Of a stretch of DNA of 64,000 nt, positions 55,432-64,000 are shown piece after piece (positions within the stretch are counted from its first letter, which is position 1; every line of letters begins with the position of its first letter). The stretch spans positions 192,461-256,460 of the forward strand of contig CAIQCK010000121.1 in NCBI GenBank assembly GCA_903870275.1, written 5' to 3'. Below the pieces are notes generated by a model. It saw only the letters and a program-made list of their open reading frames with translations, was not told where the DNA came from and did not search any database. This stretch comes from an uncultured bacterium (GTDB taxonomy: Bacteria; Verrucomicrobiota; Verrucomicrobiia; CAIQCK01). Position numbers and translations under genes: made by a program.

Positions 55432-57036
55432 CTATTCCAGTTCCGGCGGCACCGCGCCGTAGGTCCATGACGCTTTGGCGGGCGTCGCGGGCAACGGCTG
55501 CGGCACCGGCCCGGGCTTCATCTCGTTGGCGAGCGCGATGCCGGTGTTGGCGATCTGGCGGCCGGCGGTGACTTCCAGGTTGCTGTAACCCGTCAGTCGC
55601 GTTTCATAGCCGCCGCCGTGCGGGCCGAGCGCTTCCTCGGTCGGCACGTAGCCGACGCACCCGTTGGCCAACTCGACCGGGAAGGTGAACGGGAACTTGC
55701 TGCCTTTCTTGATGTCGAGGCCGTATTGCACAAAATATTCCGCCGGGTTGGTCACGAACACCGCCGGGCCGACCTGCACCGCCTGCACCTCCGTCTCCAC
55801 TTCCGGCCGCGACTTCATCAGCGCGTCGAGGACCACCGTCTCTTTCGCGAAGGTCCACTCCGTCGCGCCGACCTCCTTCGGGTCTTTTTGAATCATCTCC
55901 ATCGCCTTCTTCACCTTCTCCGGCGACGGCGCGCGGCGCTTAATGTTCCAAACCTTCTGCCGCACATCAAGGGGGATGTCGCTCGCCGCGCCGCGGCGGA
56001 TGAGCAGCAGCGTCTTGAACGCCTCCGCGCCGACCCGTCCGCCGACCAGTTGGCACCATTCTTCGGCGCCGGGGTTCTGGAACTTGGTCAGGTTGTCCAC
56101 CTGCGTGACATCGCCGCATGCGCCTTGCATGAATACGACGGGCAGCGCCGCGTTGCCGGTCGCGCCGCGCAGCGTCTGCTCCATCGCCCAAATCCAGTTT
56201 GCCGAGATGCCGCCGGGCGCGGTCGTCGCGTGGCAGGAAAAATTCACGACCACGCCGAGCAGGTTGCCCTTCAAGTCCCACACGCCGACCACGCCGACCT
56301 GTGGATCGATCGGCCCGGCGTACTCGATGATGTCGGGATTGCCCGCGCCGGGATGCGTGTAGCTGAGGCCATTCTTCATGCGCAGCCGGCGGTTGAACGC
56401 GACCTTGTCCTCGCAGCCGAAGCCGACGGCGAGCTTCGCATCGGTGCGCACCTCGTTGGCGAACACAACGGCTTCGACAACCTGCTTCTTCATCAGTTGC
56501 GTATAGCCGGGGTTGGAGACGATGGACTTGTTGTTGACCAGGTCCTTGACCAGTTCCGAGGCGTTGTCGAAATCACCCGGCTCGGCCATGCCGATCGGCC
56601 CGGATGAATGCGAGTGTGACGCGCCGATGAGCACGCACTCCGGCTTGATGCCGCAACGCTTCTCGATTTCCGCGCGCACCTCTTTTACAAAGGCGCGCGT
56701 TATAATCAACAGGTCCATGCCGACGAGCGCGACGCGTTTCTTGCCGTCGTCGAACACCACGGCGCGGACTTTGCAGGGATCGTGGAAGGTACGGTGGTAG
56801 CTCTTGCCGTAACCGCCGGGCCATTCCATGCCGATGTCCGGCGTGATGTCGCGCTCGGCGAATCCGGCCTTGAAGAAGCACGCCTTCTGTGGGCCGTGGG
56901 TGGATTTGGCGTCCCACCATTCCTCCGTTGTGGGTTTTGGCGCGGGCGCTTTTTGCTGGGCGCTTGCGGGGTTGGGTGCGACGGCCGCCGCCGCGCAGAT
57001 GACCATCACGAGTTGGACGAGGTGTTTTGTATTCAT
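55432..57036 (-). CDS. Secreted hypothetical protein, possibly related to the neutral/alkaline ceramidase N-terminal domain.
   Basis: Signal peptide. 'VLIGASHSHSSGP' and 'NFSCHATT' segments. The assignment is tentative. Confidence 0.55.
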   Translation of the reverse strand: MNTKHLVQLVMVICAAAAVAPNPASAQQKAPAPKPTTEEWWDAKSTHGPQKACFFKAGFAERDITPDIGMEWPGGYGKSYHRTFHDPCKVRAVVFDDGKKRVALVGMDLLIITRAFVKEVRAEIEKRCGIKPECVLIGASHSHSSGPIGMAEPGDFDNASELVKDLVNNKSIVSNPGYTQLMKKQVVEAVVFANEVRTDAKLAVGFGCEDKVAFNRRLRMKNGLSYTHPGAGNPDIIEYAGPIDPQVGVVGVWDLKGNLLGVVVNFSCHATTAPGGISANWIWAMEQTLRGATGNAALPVVFMQGACGDVTQVDNLTKFQNPGAEEWCQLVGGRVGAEAFKTLLLIRRGAASDIPLDVRQKVWNIKRRAPSPEKVKKAMEMIQKDPKEVGATEWTFAKETVVLDALMKSRPEVETEVQAVQVGPAVFVTNPAEYFVQYGLDIKKGSKFPFTFPVELANGCVGYVPTEEALGPHGGGYETRLTGYSNLEVTAGRQIANTGIALANEMKPGPVPQPLPATPAKASWTYGAVPPELE

Positions 57037-57056
57037 GGAATTCTGCTCCGCAGTCT

Positions 57057-58322
57057 TCAGCCGACGATCCCGGCGATATCGATCATGTAAACCTGGCGCC
57101 CGCCGTTGTGCGGCGAGTCGAAAATGACTTTTTTACCGTCGCGGCTGCAACACGGATGCGTGTCGCAACGCCACTCGCCGGTGTATTCCTTGGGCGAGAG
57201 AAAATGGCCGAGTTCGACGCGGCGGTTGGTGGGGATGTGGAACATGTGGATGTTCTGGCAACGCTGCTTGTCGGGATAGGTGTCGTTGAGCACCCACTCG
57301 TTGCGCGTGCAGGGGACGTGGGTGATGTGGCCATCGCCGCGGTTGAGCACTCCCTCGCCAATGACCTCGACGTTGCGGGTCTTGTCCTCGAAGATGCAGA
57401 ACTTCCACTCGTTGTCGGGCGGATGGCCAGCGTAGGCGGTGATGTGGTTCGCGTCGCGCCAGACGAAGTGCGAGACCTTGCCGTTCGGGATGAGTTGATA
57501 CAAATCCGTGCCGTCCGGCCGGGCGGTGAAGGCGCGCGTGAGAAAACCCTTCTTTCCCGGCTGGCTCCAGCGATGCAGGAAGAAAAACCGCGTGCCGTCG
57601 GTGTTGACGAGCAGATGGTTGAACCAGTGCTTCGACTCGGCGTTGAATGCCAGCGCCGGCGGGCCGGTGAACGGAATCTTTGCCACCTCGGCAAACGGGA
57701 GCACCAGCGTCTGTTTGCCGGTGCGCATGTCCATGCGCCAGATGCCGGCGTTGTCGGGCGCGAGCACGTCGCGGTTCGGGTCGGGAATGCCGGTGTAGCC
57801 GTAGCCGGGCCGCGTGTCGTTGAGCCGGCGGAAATCGGGCGCGACCGCCCAACGGCCGTCGGGGCTGAGGGCGTAAAACGGATTCGGCAGCGTGCGTTTC
57901 TTGCCCGACTTTACGTCGAGCACGTGGCTGACGAAACGGTCGCCCTCGCGGTCGTTCCACGCCACCTCGCTCTTGGTGCCTGGCACCCATTGCATCATGC
58001 AACCCTGCTGCCAGTTCCAGGCGCGGGAACTGCCGAGTTCGGTCCACTGGTCGCCGTCCTGGATGTCCACCATGCCGACATGGATCACGTCGTCCGCCGT
58101 CGGCGAGCGGCCTTCGAAGTCCACCTCGTTGCAGACCACGAGGCGGTTGGCCGGGTCGAACAACAGCTTGTCGTAATAAGCGCGCCAATGAAACTTCGGC
58201 CCGCGCGTGATGGCGCGGACGGGCGGCAGTTTTTCTTCCGAGGCCCGGGCTGACGCAAGGCCGGCCAGCGGAAGGGACGCGAGCGTCTTGATGAGATCTC
58301 TGCGATTCCAGACGGTGCTCAT
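57057..58322 (-). CDS. Hypothetical Tat-secreted protein (beta-rich).
   Basis: The Tat-like 'NRRDLIKTLASLPLAGLASARA' follows the internal Met at 58322. The upstream part of the six-frame ORF lacks signal features. No domain is recognised. Confidence 0.55.
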   Translation of the reverse strand: MSTVWNRRDLIKTLASLPLAGLASARASEEKLPPVRAITRGPKFHWRAYYDKLLFDPANRLVVCNEVDFEGRSPTADDVIHVGMVDIQDGDQWTELGSSRAWNWQQGCMMQWVPGTKSEVAWNDREGDRFVSHVLDVKSGKKRTLPNPFYALSPDGRWAVAPDFRRLNDTRPGYGYTGIPDPNRDVLAPDNAGIWRMDMRTGKQTLVLPFAEVAKIPFTGPPALAFNAESKHWFNHLLVNTDGTRFFFLHRWSQPGKKGFLTRAFTARPDGTDLYQLIPNGKVSHFVWRDANHITAYAGHPPDNEWKFCIFEDKTRNVEVIGEGVLNRGDGHITHVPCTRNEWVLNDTYPDKQRCQNIHMFHIPTNRRVELGHFLSPKEYTGEWRCDTHPCCSRDGKKVIFDSPHNGGRQVYMIDIAGIVG

Positions 58323-58693
58323 TGTTGGATGACTCCCGGATTGCCGGGTCTTAATCGACCCATTCGCCTTCACGTTCTCTGTCCGCATACGCGATGTTAT
58401 GCCTTCTGGCCGGTCAGTTCCTCTTTGAATCCACAGATTCACCGACGGTTTGACTTTGACTCGTCACCTGCACTCTATGCCGGCGGGTGTCCGCACGGCT
58501 ACATGGAACCCGACGTATACTGGTATTTTTCCGATGCGGGCGGCATGTCGGAATGACGCCGCGAACCGCCGCCGCTGTCAATGTCATTCTTGTCGTTGCT
58601 ACTGCACTCTTGTAATCGGTCCGGTCTGCGCTACTCTGCCTCGCATCAAAGGAACCCGGTCTGCGCTAATTCTCATCGAAAGGAAAAGCCAAC

Positions 58694-60112
58694 ATGATTT
58701 GCTCTCGTGCCCTGAAACTTCTGTTCTCCACGCTGTGCCTTGGCTTGCTGGTCGGCGCCGCTTGCGCTCAATCCCAACCATCCTCCACCGGCGCGCTGCC
58801 GCCGGCCTCCGAGCGCCTCGTGGTTCTCATCAGCGTGGACGGGCTGGCGGCTTACTATCTCAACGATCCGAAGGCCGACATGCCGACGATTCGCCGGCTC
58901 GCGCGGGAGGGCGTTGGCGGCAACGGCATGAAATGCGCGATGCCGTCGGTGACGTGGCCGACGCACACGACGATGGCCACCGGCTGCTGGGCCGGCCGCC
59001 ACGGCGTCATTGGCAATTCGTATTGGGACCGCGAGGCCGGCAAGAGCGTGGCGTTCATTCCCGACCCGCTGTTCGACAAGGACGAGATCGTGAAGGTGCC
59101 AACAATCTATGATGTGGCGCATCGTGCCGGCTTGAAAACCGCGGGTATCTGCTGGCCCGCCAGCCGCAATGCGAAGACGTTCGACTGGACCGTGCCGGAT
59201 ATTTTTCCCGACGACCTCTTTCAGAAGTATTCAACGCCGTCGTGGCTCGTCGAGTTGCGCGAGGCGAACATTCCGTTCTGGATGCAGGAGACGTGGTGCA
59301 AAGCGCCGGCCGGCGGCGCCCAGCGCGACTGGATGTATGCGCGCATGGCCGCGCAGGTGATTTACAAGCACCGGCCGAACCTGCTGATGCTGCACTTGAT
59401 GGAGACCGACCACGTGCAGCACGCCAAAGGACCGCAGACGCCCGACGCGTATTGGGCGTGCAGCTACGAGGATGATCGCGTGAGCACTGTGCTGGAGGCG
59501 GCAAAGGAGATGTTCCCCGGTCGCGTGACGTTCATCGTCGTTTCCGACCACGGCTTCAATCCCTATACGCGCGAAATCCGGCCGAACGTGAAGCTGCGGC
59601 AGGACGGCTTGGTCAAAATGGAGGGCAGCAAGGTCGTCGCGCGCCAGGCGACCGCGTTGGGGCAGGGCGGCAGCACGTTCATTTACGTGCTCGACAAGGA
59701 GCACCGCGCGGAAATCGTGTCGAAGCTCGCGGCAGAGTTTCGCGCCGTCGAGGGCGTGGAGGTGGCCATCGAGCCGAAGGACTTTGCGAAGTATGGCATG
59801 GTCACGCCCGACAAGGACCCGCGCATGGGCGACCTGGTGTTGAGCGCGAAGGAGGGTTTTTCGTTTTCCGACAGCGCCGCCGGCGACGCCGTGGTCACGC
59901 CGCCGAGCGAGACGCTGAAAGGCACGCACGGCTACAACCCGGAACAAAAGAAAATGCGGGCGACGTTCGTAGCTTGGGGCGCGGGCATCCGGCGCGGCGT
60001 GAAGCTGACCGACATGGAGGCCGTTGACCTCGCGCCAACGATCGCGCGACTGCTCGGGTTGACGATGCCGGACGTGGACGGCAAGGTGCGTGAGGACATT
60101 CTGGCGAAATAA
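58694..60112 (+). CDS. Secreted alkaline-phosphatase-superfamily ectonucleotide pyrophosphatase/phosphodiesterase (ENPP-like).
   Basis: Signal peptide. 'LVVLISVDGL' metal-binding Asp pair. 'TFIVVSDHGF'. 'GTHGYNP'. Confidence 0.8.
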   Translation: MICSRALKLLFSTLCLGLLVGAACAQSQPSSTGALPPASERLVVLISVDGLAAYYLNDPKADMPTIRRLAREGVGGNGMKCAMPSVTWPTHTTMATGCWAGRHGVIGNSYWDREAGKSVAFIPDPLFDKDEIVKVPTIYDVAHRAGLKTAGICWPASRNAKTFDWTVPDIFPDDLFQKYSTPSWLVELREANIPFWMQETWCKAPAGGAQRDWMYARMAAQVIYKHRPNLLMLHLMETDHVQHAKGPQTPDAYWACSYEDDRVSTVLEAAKEMFPGRVTFIVVSDHGFNPYTREIRPNVKLRQDGLVKMEGSKVVARQATALGQGGSTFIYVLDKEHRAEIVSKLAAEFRAVEGVEVAIEPKDFAKYGMVTPDKDPRMGDLVLSAKEGFSFSDSAAGDAVVTPPSETLKGTHGYNPEQKKMRATFVAWGAGIRRGVKLTDMEAVDLAPTIARLLGLTMPDVDGKVREDILAK

Positions 60113-60118
60113 ACTCCG

Positions 60119-61381
60119 GTGAGGCTGCTCGTCCACGCGTTTCTGTTTGCGGTGGCCGTCTCTGCGGCGATGGCGGCGGAGATGCCTCCATCGCAGACCG
60201 TTCCGTGGGAACAAATCCGCTCCGTTCCGATGGCCGGCGGCTTGCGCGCGTTCTGGGACGTGGGCGGCGGCGACCGCGACTTCAACCGCGAGCAGGCGGC
60301 GCGGCACGGGTTTGAGATCGTGGACCTGCTCGGCACCTACTCAGATTATCCCGGCAGGCAGAAGGAGAACATCAGCAACTTCCTCAAGGAGAACCGCGTC
60401 AACCCGTGGCGGAAGCCGGATTATTTCGAGCGGATCATCAAGCGCAACATCGCATCCGCCGGCGGCAAGGGCGCGATCTTTGTCCACGACATCGAATTTG
60501 GTTTTGAGGAGGACATCGGGAAGGCGTGGGCCGACGAAGAGGCACGGAAGGCGTCCGGCGCGAAGACGGAGAAACAGTTTGCCGAAGCCTACTACCGCGA
60601 ATGGGCGACGTGGTTCTCGCTGCCGTGCCTTTGGGCGAAGGAGCAATGGCCGCATGAACCGGTGGGGATTTACGGCCCGCAGCCGTTCCGTCGTGACTAC
60701 TGGGGCATTGCCGGCAAAAGCGCGCAGCAGATTGACGGCACGCACGCGCGCGACGCGGACCTTTGGGAGCACATTGACCGGTTCGTGGACTTCTACATTG
60801 CCAGCGTCTATGTCTTCTACGACGACCCCGGCTCGGTTTACTACATCGCGTCGAACATCGAGGAGAACGTCGCGCGGACCCGCCGTTATGGCAGCAAACC
60901 CCTCTACGCCTACGAGTGGCTTCGCTACCACGACAGCAACAAAAAGCTCGCCGGCCAAGAACTGGCACCGTATCAGGTGGAGGCGATGGCCGTGTTGCCG
61001 TATTTCACCGGCGCGCGCGGGCTGGTGCTTTGGGGATGGGAACCGAAACGCAAGGGCCAGTATTACGAGCGGCTACAGCTGTTCATGAACAGCCTCGGCC
61101 GCGTGTCGGACCTGTCCGCGAAGATCGCGAAGGCGGAACTGGTTGTGGACGAGCCGGCTCATTTGCTCTGGAAAGAAAAACGCCCGCTGGTGCGGCGGCT
61201 CCGCGTCGCGGCCGGCGAGTGGATCGTGATGGCGGTCAACCCGTGGCAGGCCGAGGACGCGCGGAGCAGCGTCCGTGTGAATTGCGACGGCCAGCCCGTC
61301 GAGCTTTCGATCGAAGGCCGGCACACAGAGATCTATCACATCGAGTCGGGGCGCGTTTTGCGCCTGCAGGCGGCGCCTTGA
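60119..61381 (+). CDS. Hypothetical secreted protein.
   Basis: Signal MRLLVHAFLFAVAVSAAMAA. Length is 420 aa. It starts 7 bp after the ENPP stop. No domain is recognised. Confidence 0.55.
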   Translation: MRLLVHAFLFAVAVSAAMAAEMPPSQTVPWEQIRSVPMAGGLRAFWDVGGGDRDFNREQAARHGFEIVDLLGTYSDYPGRQKENISNFLKENRVNPWRKPDYFERIIKRNIASAGGKGAIFVHDIEFGFEEDIGKAWADEEARKASGAKTEKQFAEAYYREWATWFSLPCLWAKEQWPHEPVGIYGPQPFRRDYWGIAGKSAQQIDGTHARDADLWEHIDRFVDFYIASVYVFYDDPGSVYYIASNIEENVARTRRYGSKPLYAYEWLRYHDSNKKLAGQELAPYQVEAMAVLPYFTGARGLVLWGWEPKRKGQYYERLQLFMNSLGRVSDLSAKIAKAELVVDEPAHLLWKEKRPLVRRLRVAAGEWIVMAVNPWQAEDARSSVRVNCDGQPVELSIEGRHTEIYHIESGRVLRLQAAP

Positions 61382-61418
61382 ACGCCGTGACCGACAACAG
61401 TTGATGAGGAACGACAGA

Positions 61419-63545
61419 ATGAAAGCATGGTTCATTGCAGCAACAGTGATTGCAGCGCAGACAGCGTGGTCCCCGGCGACCGCCGCCGAGCCGGCGCGCA
61501 CCGACATGGTCATTTACGGCGCGACCTCCGGCGGCGTGGCGGCGGCCATCGCGGCGTCGCGCGAAGGCAAGAGCGTGCTGCTGCTGGAGCCGGGCCGGCA
61601 TCTCGGCGGGCTGACCACCGGCGGCTTGGGCGCGACCGACATTGGCAACAAGGCGGCCATCGGCGGCATCGCGCGGGAGTTTTACGAGCGCATCCACCAG
61701 CACTACTCGAAACCGGAGTCGTGGTATCTGGAGAAACCGGAGGAGGTCGCGAAGCAAATGGCCGGACAGGAGCGCGGCAAGGACCCGCTCGTTGAAAAGA
61801 CCGGCCGGCCCACGAAATGGACGTTCGAGCCGCACGTGGCGATGGACCTCTACAAGCAGATGTTGCGTGAGGCGAAGGTGGAGTGCCTGTTCGAGCAGCG
61901 GCTCGCGACGGTGAAGAAGGACGGCGCGCGCATCGTGGAGATCGCGATGGAAAACGGCCGCGTGTTCGCTGGCAGGATGTTCATTGACGCCAGCTACGAA
62001 GGCGACCTGATGGCGAAGGCCGGCGTTTCCTACCACGTCGGCCGCGAGGCGAATGCAAAATACGGCGAGACGATCAACGGCGTCCGCGCCGTGACGCCGC
62101 AGCACCAGTTCAAGGTGGCGGTGGACCCGTACGTGAAGCCGGGCGACCCGTCGAGCGGATTGCTGCCGTTCGTCCAGCCGGGTGATGGCGGCAAGCCGGG
62201 CGACGGCGACCGCTGCGTGCAGGCCTATAACTTCCGCCTTTGCATGACGAAAGTGGACGGCAACAAACTTCCGTGGATCGCGCCGCCGGGCTACGACGAG
62301 AAGAAATACGAGCTGCTGGCGCGTTACCTCGAAGCGCAGGTCGCCGCCGGCAGGATGCCGAAGGTCGGCGAGTTGATGAACCCCGTGCGGATGCCGAACG
62401 GCAAGACCGACACCAACAACAACGGGCCGTTCTCCAGCGACTTCATCGGCGCGAATTACGATTACCCCGACGGCGATTACGCCACGCGCGAGCGCATTTG
62501 GAAGGAGCACGAAAACTACCATCGTGGTTTCCTTTATTTTCTCGCGACCAGCCGGCGCGTGCCCCAGCCGCTGCACAACGAGATGAACGAGTGGGGTCTG
62601 GCGAAGGACGAGTTCGCCACCACGGCCGGCTGGCCGGCGCAGATGTATGTCCGCGAGGCGCGGCGGATGATTTCCGATTACGTCATGACTGAGCACGATT
62701 GCCGTTGGGAGCGCAAGGTGGCGGACGGCGTCGGTCTCGGCGCCTACAACATGGACAGCCACAACTGCCAGCGCCTCGTCAAAAACGGCCGCGCCGAGAA
62801 CGAAGGCGACGTGCAGGTGGCCGTGCGCGGCCCGTATCCGGTCTCGTATCGCTCCCTCGTGCCGAAAGCCGCCGAGTGCAACAACCTCTTCGTGCCGGTC
62901 TGCCTCTCGGCGACGCACATCGCCTACGGGTCCATCCGCATGGAGCCGGTCTTCATGATTCTGGGCCAGTCCAGCGCCGTGGCGGCGGCGATAGCGATGG
63001 ACGACGGCGTGACGGCGCAGCAGGTCTCCTACAAAAAACTCGCCGCGAAACTGAAGGCACAGGGCCAGATCATCACCAACGAGGGTTTCCCCGTCCGGCA
63101 GCCGCACAGCGCCTTGGCTCTCGACGCCGGCAAGCTCGCCGGCATTGTCGTGGACGACTCGCAGGCGGCGGTCACGGGCGAGTGGGCGCACGGCGCTTCC
63201 GCCGGCCCGTTTGTCGGCGATGGCTATATCCACGACGGCAACACCGACAAGGGCCAGAAGCGCGTCCGCTACACGCCAAAGCTGCCGAAAGCCGGCCGCT
63301 ACGAAGTGCGCATCATCTACTCGCCGCTCGGCAATCGCGCCACCAACGTCCCCGTCGTCATCCACGCCGCCGACGGCGAGACAACCGTCGTGGTCAACCA
63401 GCGCCAGCCGCTTCCAGGCGGCCAGTCGTTGAAGCTGGGCGTCTTCCGATTCGACGCCGGCGCGGCGGGCTGGGTGGAGATTCGCAACGACGGCACCGAC
63501 GGCCACGTCATTGCCGACGCCGTCCAGTTCGTGCCGATCCAGTAG
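61419..63545 (+). CDS. Secreted FAD-dependent oxidoreductase (FAD_oxidored/PF12831-like) with a C-terminal beta-sandwich domain.
   Basis: Signal MKAWFIAATVIAAQTAWS. FAD-binding 'DMVIYGATSGGVAAAIAASREGKSVLLLE'. The C-terminus reads 'GDGYIHDGNTDKG...RYEVRIIYSPLGNRATNVPVVIHAADGE'. Confidence 0.8.
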   Translation: MKAWFIAATVIAAQTAWSPATAAEPARTDMVIYGATSGGVAAAIAASREGKSVLLLEPGRHLGGLTTGGLGATDIGNKAAIGGIAREFYERIHQHYSKPESWYLEKPEEVAKQMAGQERGKDPLVEKTGRPTKWTFEPHVAMDLYKQMLREAKVECLFEQRLATVKKDGARIVEIAMENGRVFAGRMFIDASYEGDLMAKAGVSYHVGREANAKYGETINGVRAVTPQHQFKVAVDPYVKPGDPSSGLLPFVQPGDGGKPGDGDRCVQAYNFRLCMTKVDGNKLPWIAPPGYDEKKYELLARYLEAQVAAGRMPKVGELMNPVRMPNGKTDTNNNGPFSSDFIGANYDYPDGDYATRERIWKEHENYHRGFLYFLATSRRVPQPLHNEMNEWGLAKDEFATTAGWPAQMYVREARRMISDYVMTEHDCRWERKVADGVGLGAYNMDSHNCQRLVKNGRAENEGDVQVAVRGPYPVSYRSLVPKAAECNNLFVPVCLSATHIAYGSIRMEPVFMILGQSSAVAAAIAMDDGVTAQQVSYKKLAAKLKAQGQIITNEGFPVRQPHSALALDAGKLAGIVVDDSQAAVTGEWAHGASAGPFVGDGYIHDGNTDKGQKRVRYTPKLPKAGRYEVRIIYSPLGNRATNVPVVIHAADGETTVVVNQRQPLPGGQSLKLGVFRFDAGAAGWVEIRNDGTDGHVIADAVQFVPIQ

Positions 63546-63551
63546 AAAAAA

Positions 63552-64000
63552 ATGAAAAACAGCATGAAACCAGATCATCGCAGCCGAACAATCTCGCTCC
63601 ATGCCGCGGTGCTCTTGTTGGCGTGGATGCCGTCCATTTCTCTCGGCGAAACCTTCCCGGACACGACAGAAAATATCCACCTCGGCCTGACGTTCGATTA
63701 CGGCATGCCCAAACACGATCTGACTCCTCTGGCCGGCAGGGTGGATTACATCTGGGGCGCGTCGCCCGATTTCAAGGGGCGTGCGGTTCCTTCGATGCAT
63801 CACTACATGCCTTTTGAGCGCGATGCCAAACGCGACACCCTCGCCTGGCTGCAAGCCAATCATCCCGATTGGATAGTCTATCAAGCCGACCGCAAGACCG
63901 TCGCCTGGTCGTTCGGCTCCACTCATTCCGTCCCGATCGACATCACCAATCCCGAGGTCGTCGCCTACCAGCTGCAGGAGGCGGCCGAGTTCCTCGCCCG
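63552..64000 (+). CDS. Hypothetical secreted protein, 3'-partial at the window end.
   Basis: ATG at 63552. 'MKNSMKPDHRSRTISLHAAVLLLAWMPSISLGE' is signal-like. The frame is open to position 64000. It is not present in the supplied ORF track. Confidence 0.45.
   Translation, partial: MKNSMKPDHRSRTISLHAAVLLLAWMPSISLGETFPDTTENIHLGLTFDYGMPKHDLTPLAGRVDYIWGASPDFKGRAVPSMHHYMPFERDAKRDTLAWLQANHPDWIVYQADRKTVAWSFGSTHSVPIDITNPEVVAYQLQEAAEFLA

Noticed and set aside
1-64000. Search for tRNA, rRNA, IS elements, integrases and phage genes.
   Set aside because: No T-loop-like GTTCGAATC/GGTTCAAAT contexts with acceptor stems were found. No transposase, integrase or phage-like proteins were found in any frame. 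No rRNA-like conserved blocks were found.

Overview
This is a high-GC (~65%) bacterial chromosomal segment. By inference it comes from the PVC superphylum (Verrucomicrobiota-like). The supporting signs are a PEP-CTERM sorting signal, 'autotransporter-associated beta-strand' (PATR) repeats, many Tat/Sec-secreted Gfo/Idh/MocA oxidoreductases, and an FAD-dependent oxidoreductase sitting next to glycoside-hydrolase-like genes. I found no rRNA, tRNA, CRISPR array or mobile element.

The gene content runs as follows:
- 1-10 kb: one 5'-truncated giant repeat adhesin of more than 3,329 aa, ending in a PEP-CTERM anchor.
- 10-13.9 kb: an AraC-family regulator divergent from a corrinoid protein plus an MtaB-like methyltransferase pair, followed by a TauE/SafE exporter.
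- 14-37 kb (the most unusual part): four paralogous giant secreted proteins (P1-P4). Each carries a class-I SAM-methyltransferase fold fused to PQQ-like beta-propellers. They are arranged as two convergent operons.
  - The + operon is packed by stop/start overlaps: P1, P2, a hypothetical membrane protein, a tandem-fused ModA-like binding protein, ModB, ModC and a MoeB/ThiF E1-like enzyme.
  - The - operon is: P4, a hairpin-rich non-coding spacer, a stand-alone receiver-domain response regulator, P3, and two small secreted/membrane proteins.
  - P1, P2 and P4 share an in-frame heptanucleotide tandem repeat 'aatccaa', which encodes IQNPKSK.
  - P3 and P4 share a conserved upstream non-coding element.
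- 37.5-43.8 kb: ROK kinase and a polyphosphate module (ppx, ppk1, HD+CHAD protein).
- 43.9-64 kb: an MgtC-family protein, an Fe-dependent alcohol dehydrogenase, an M23 peptidase, three Gfo/Idh/MocA oxidoreductases (two with Tat signals), a GH-like TIM-barrel protein, a metallophosphoesterase, an ENPP-family phosphodiesterase, an FAD-dependent oxidoreductase and several secreted hypothetical proteins.

Many long reverse-frame ORFs in the six-frame track are GC-driven shadow ORFs and were rejected.
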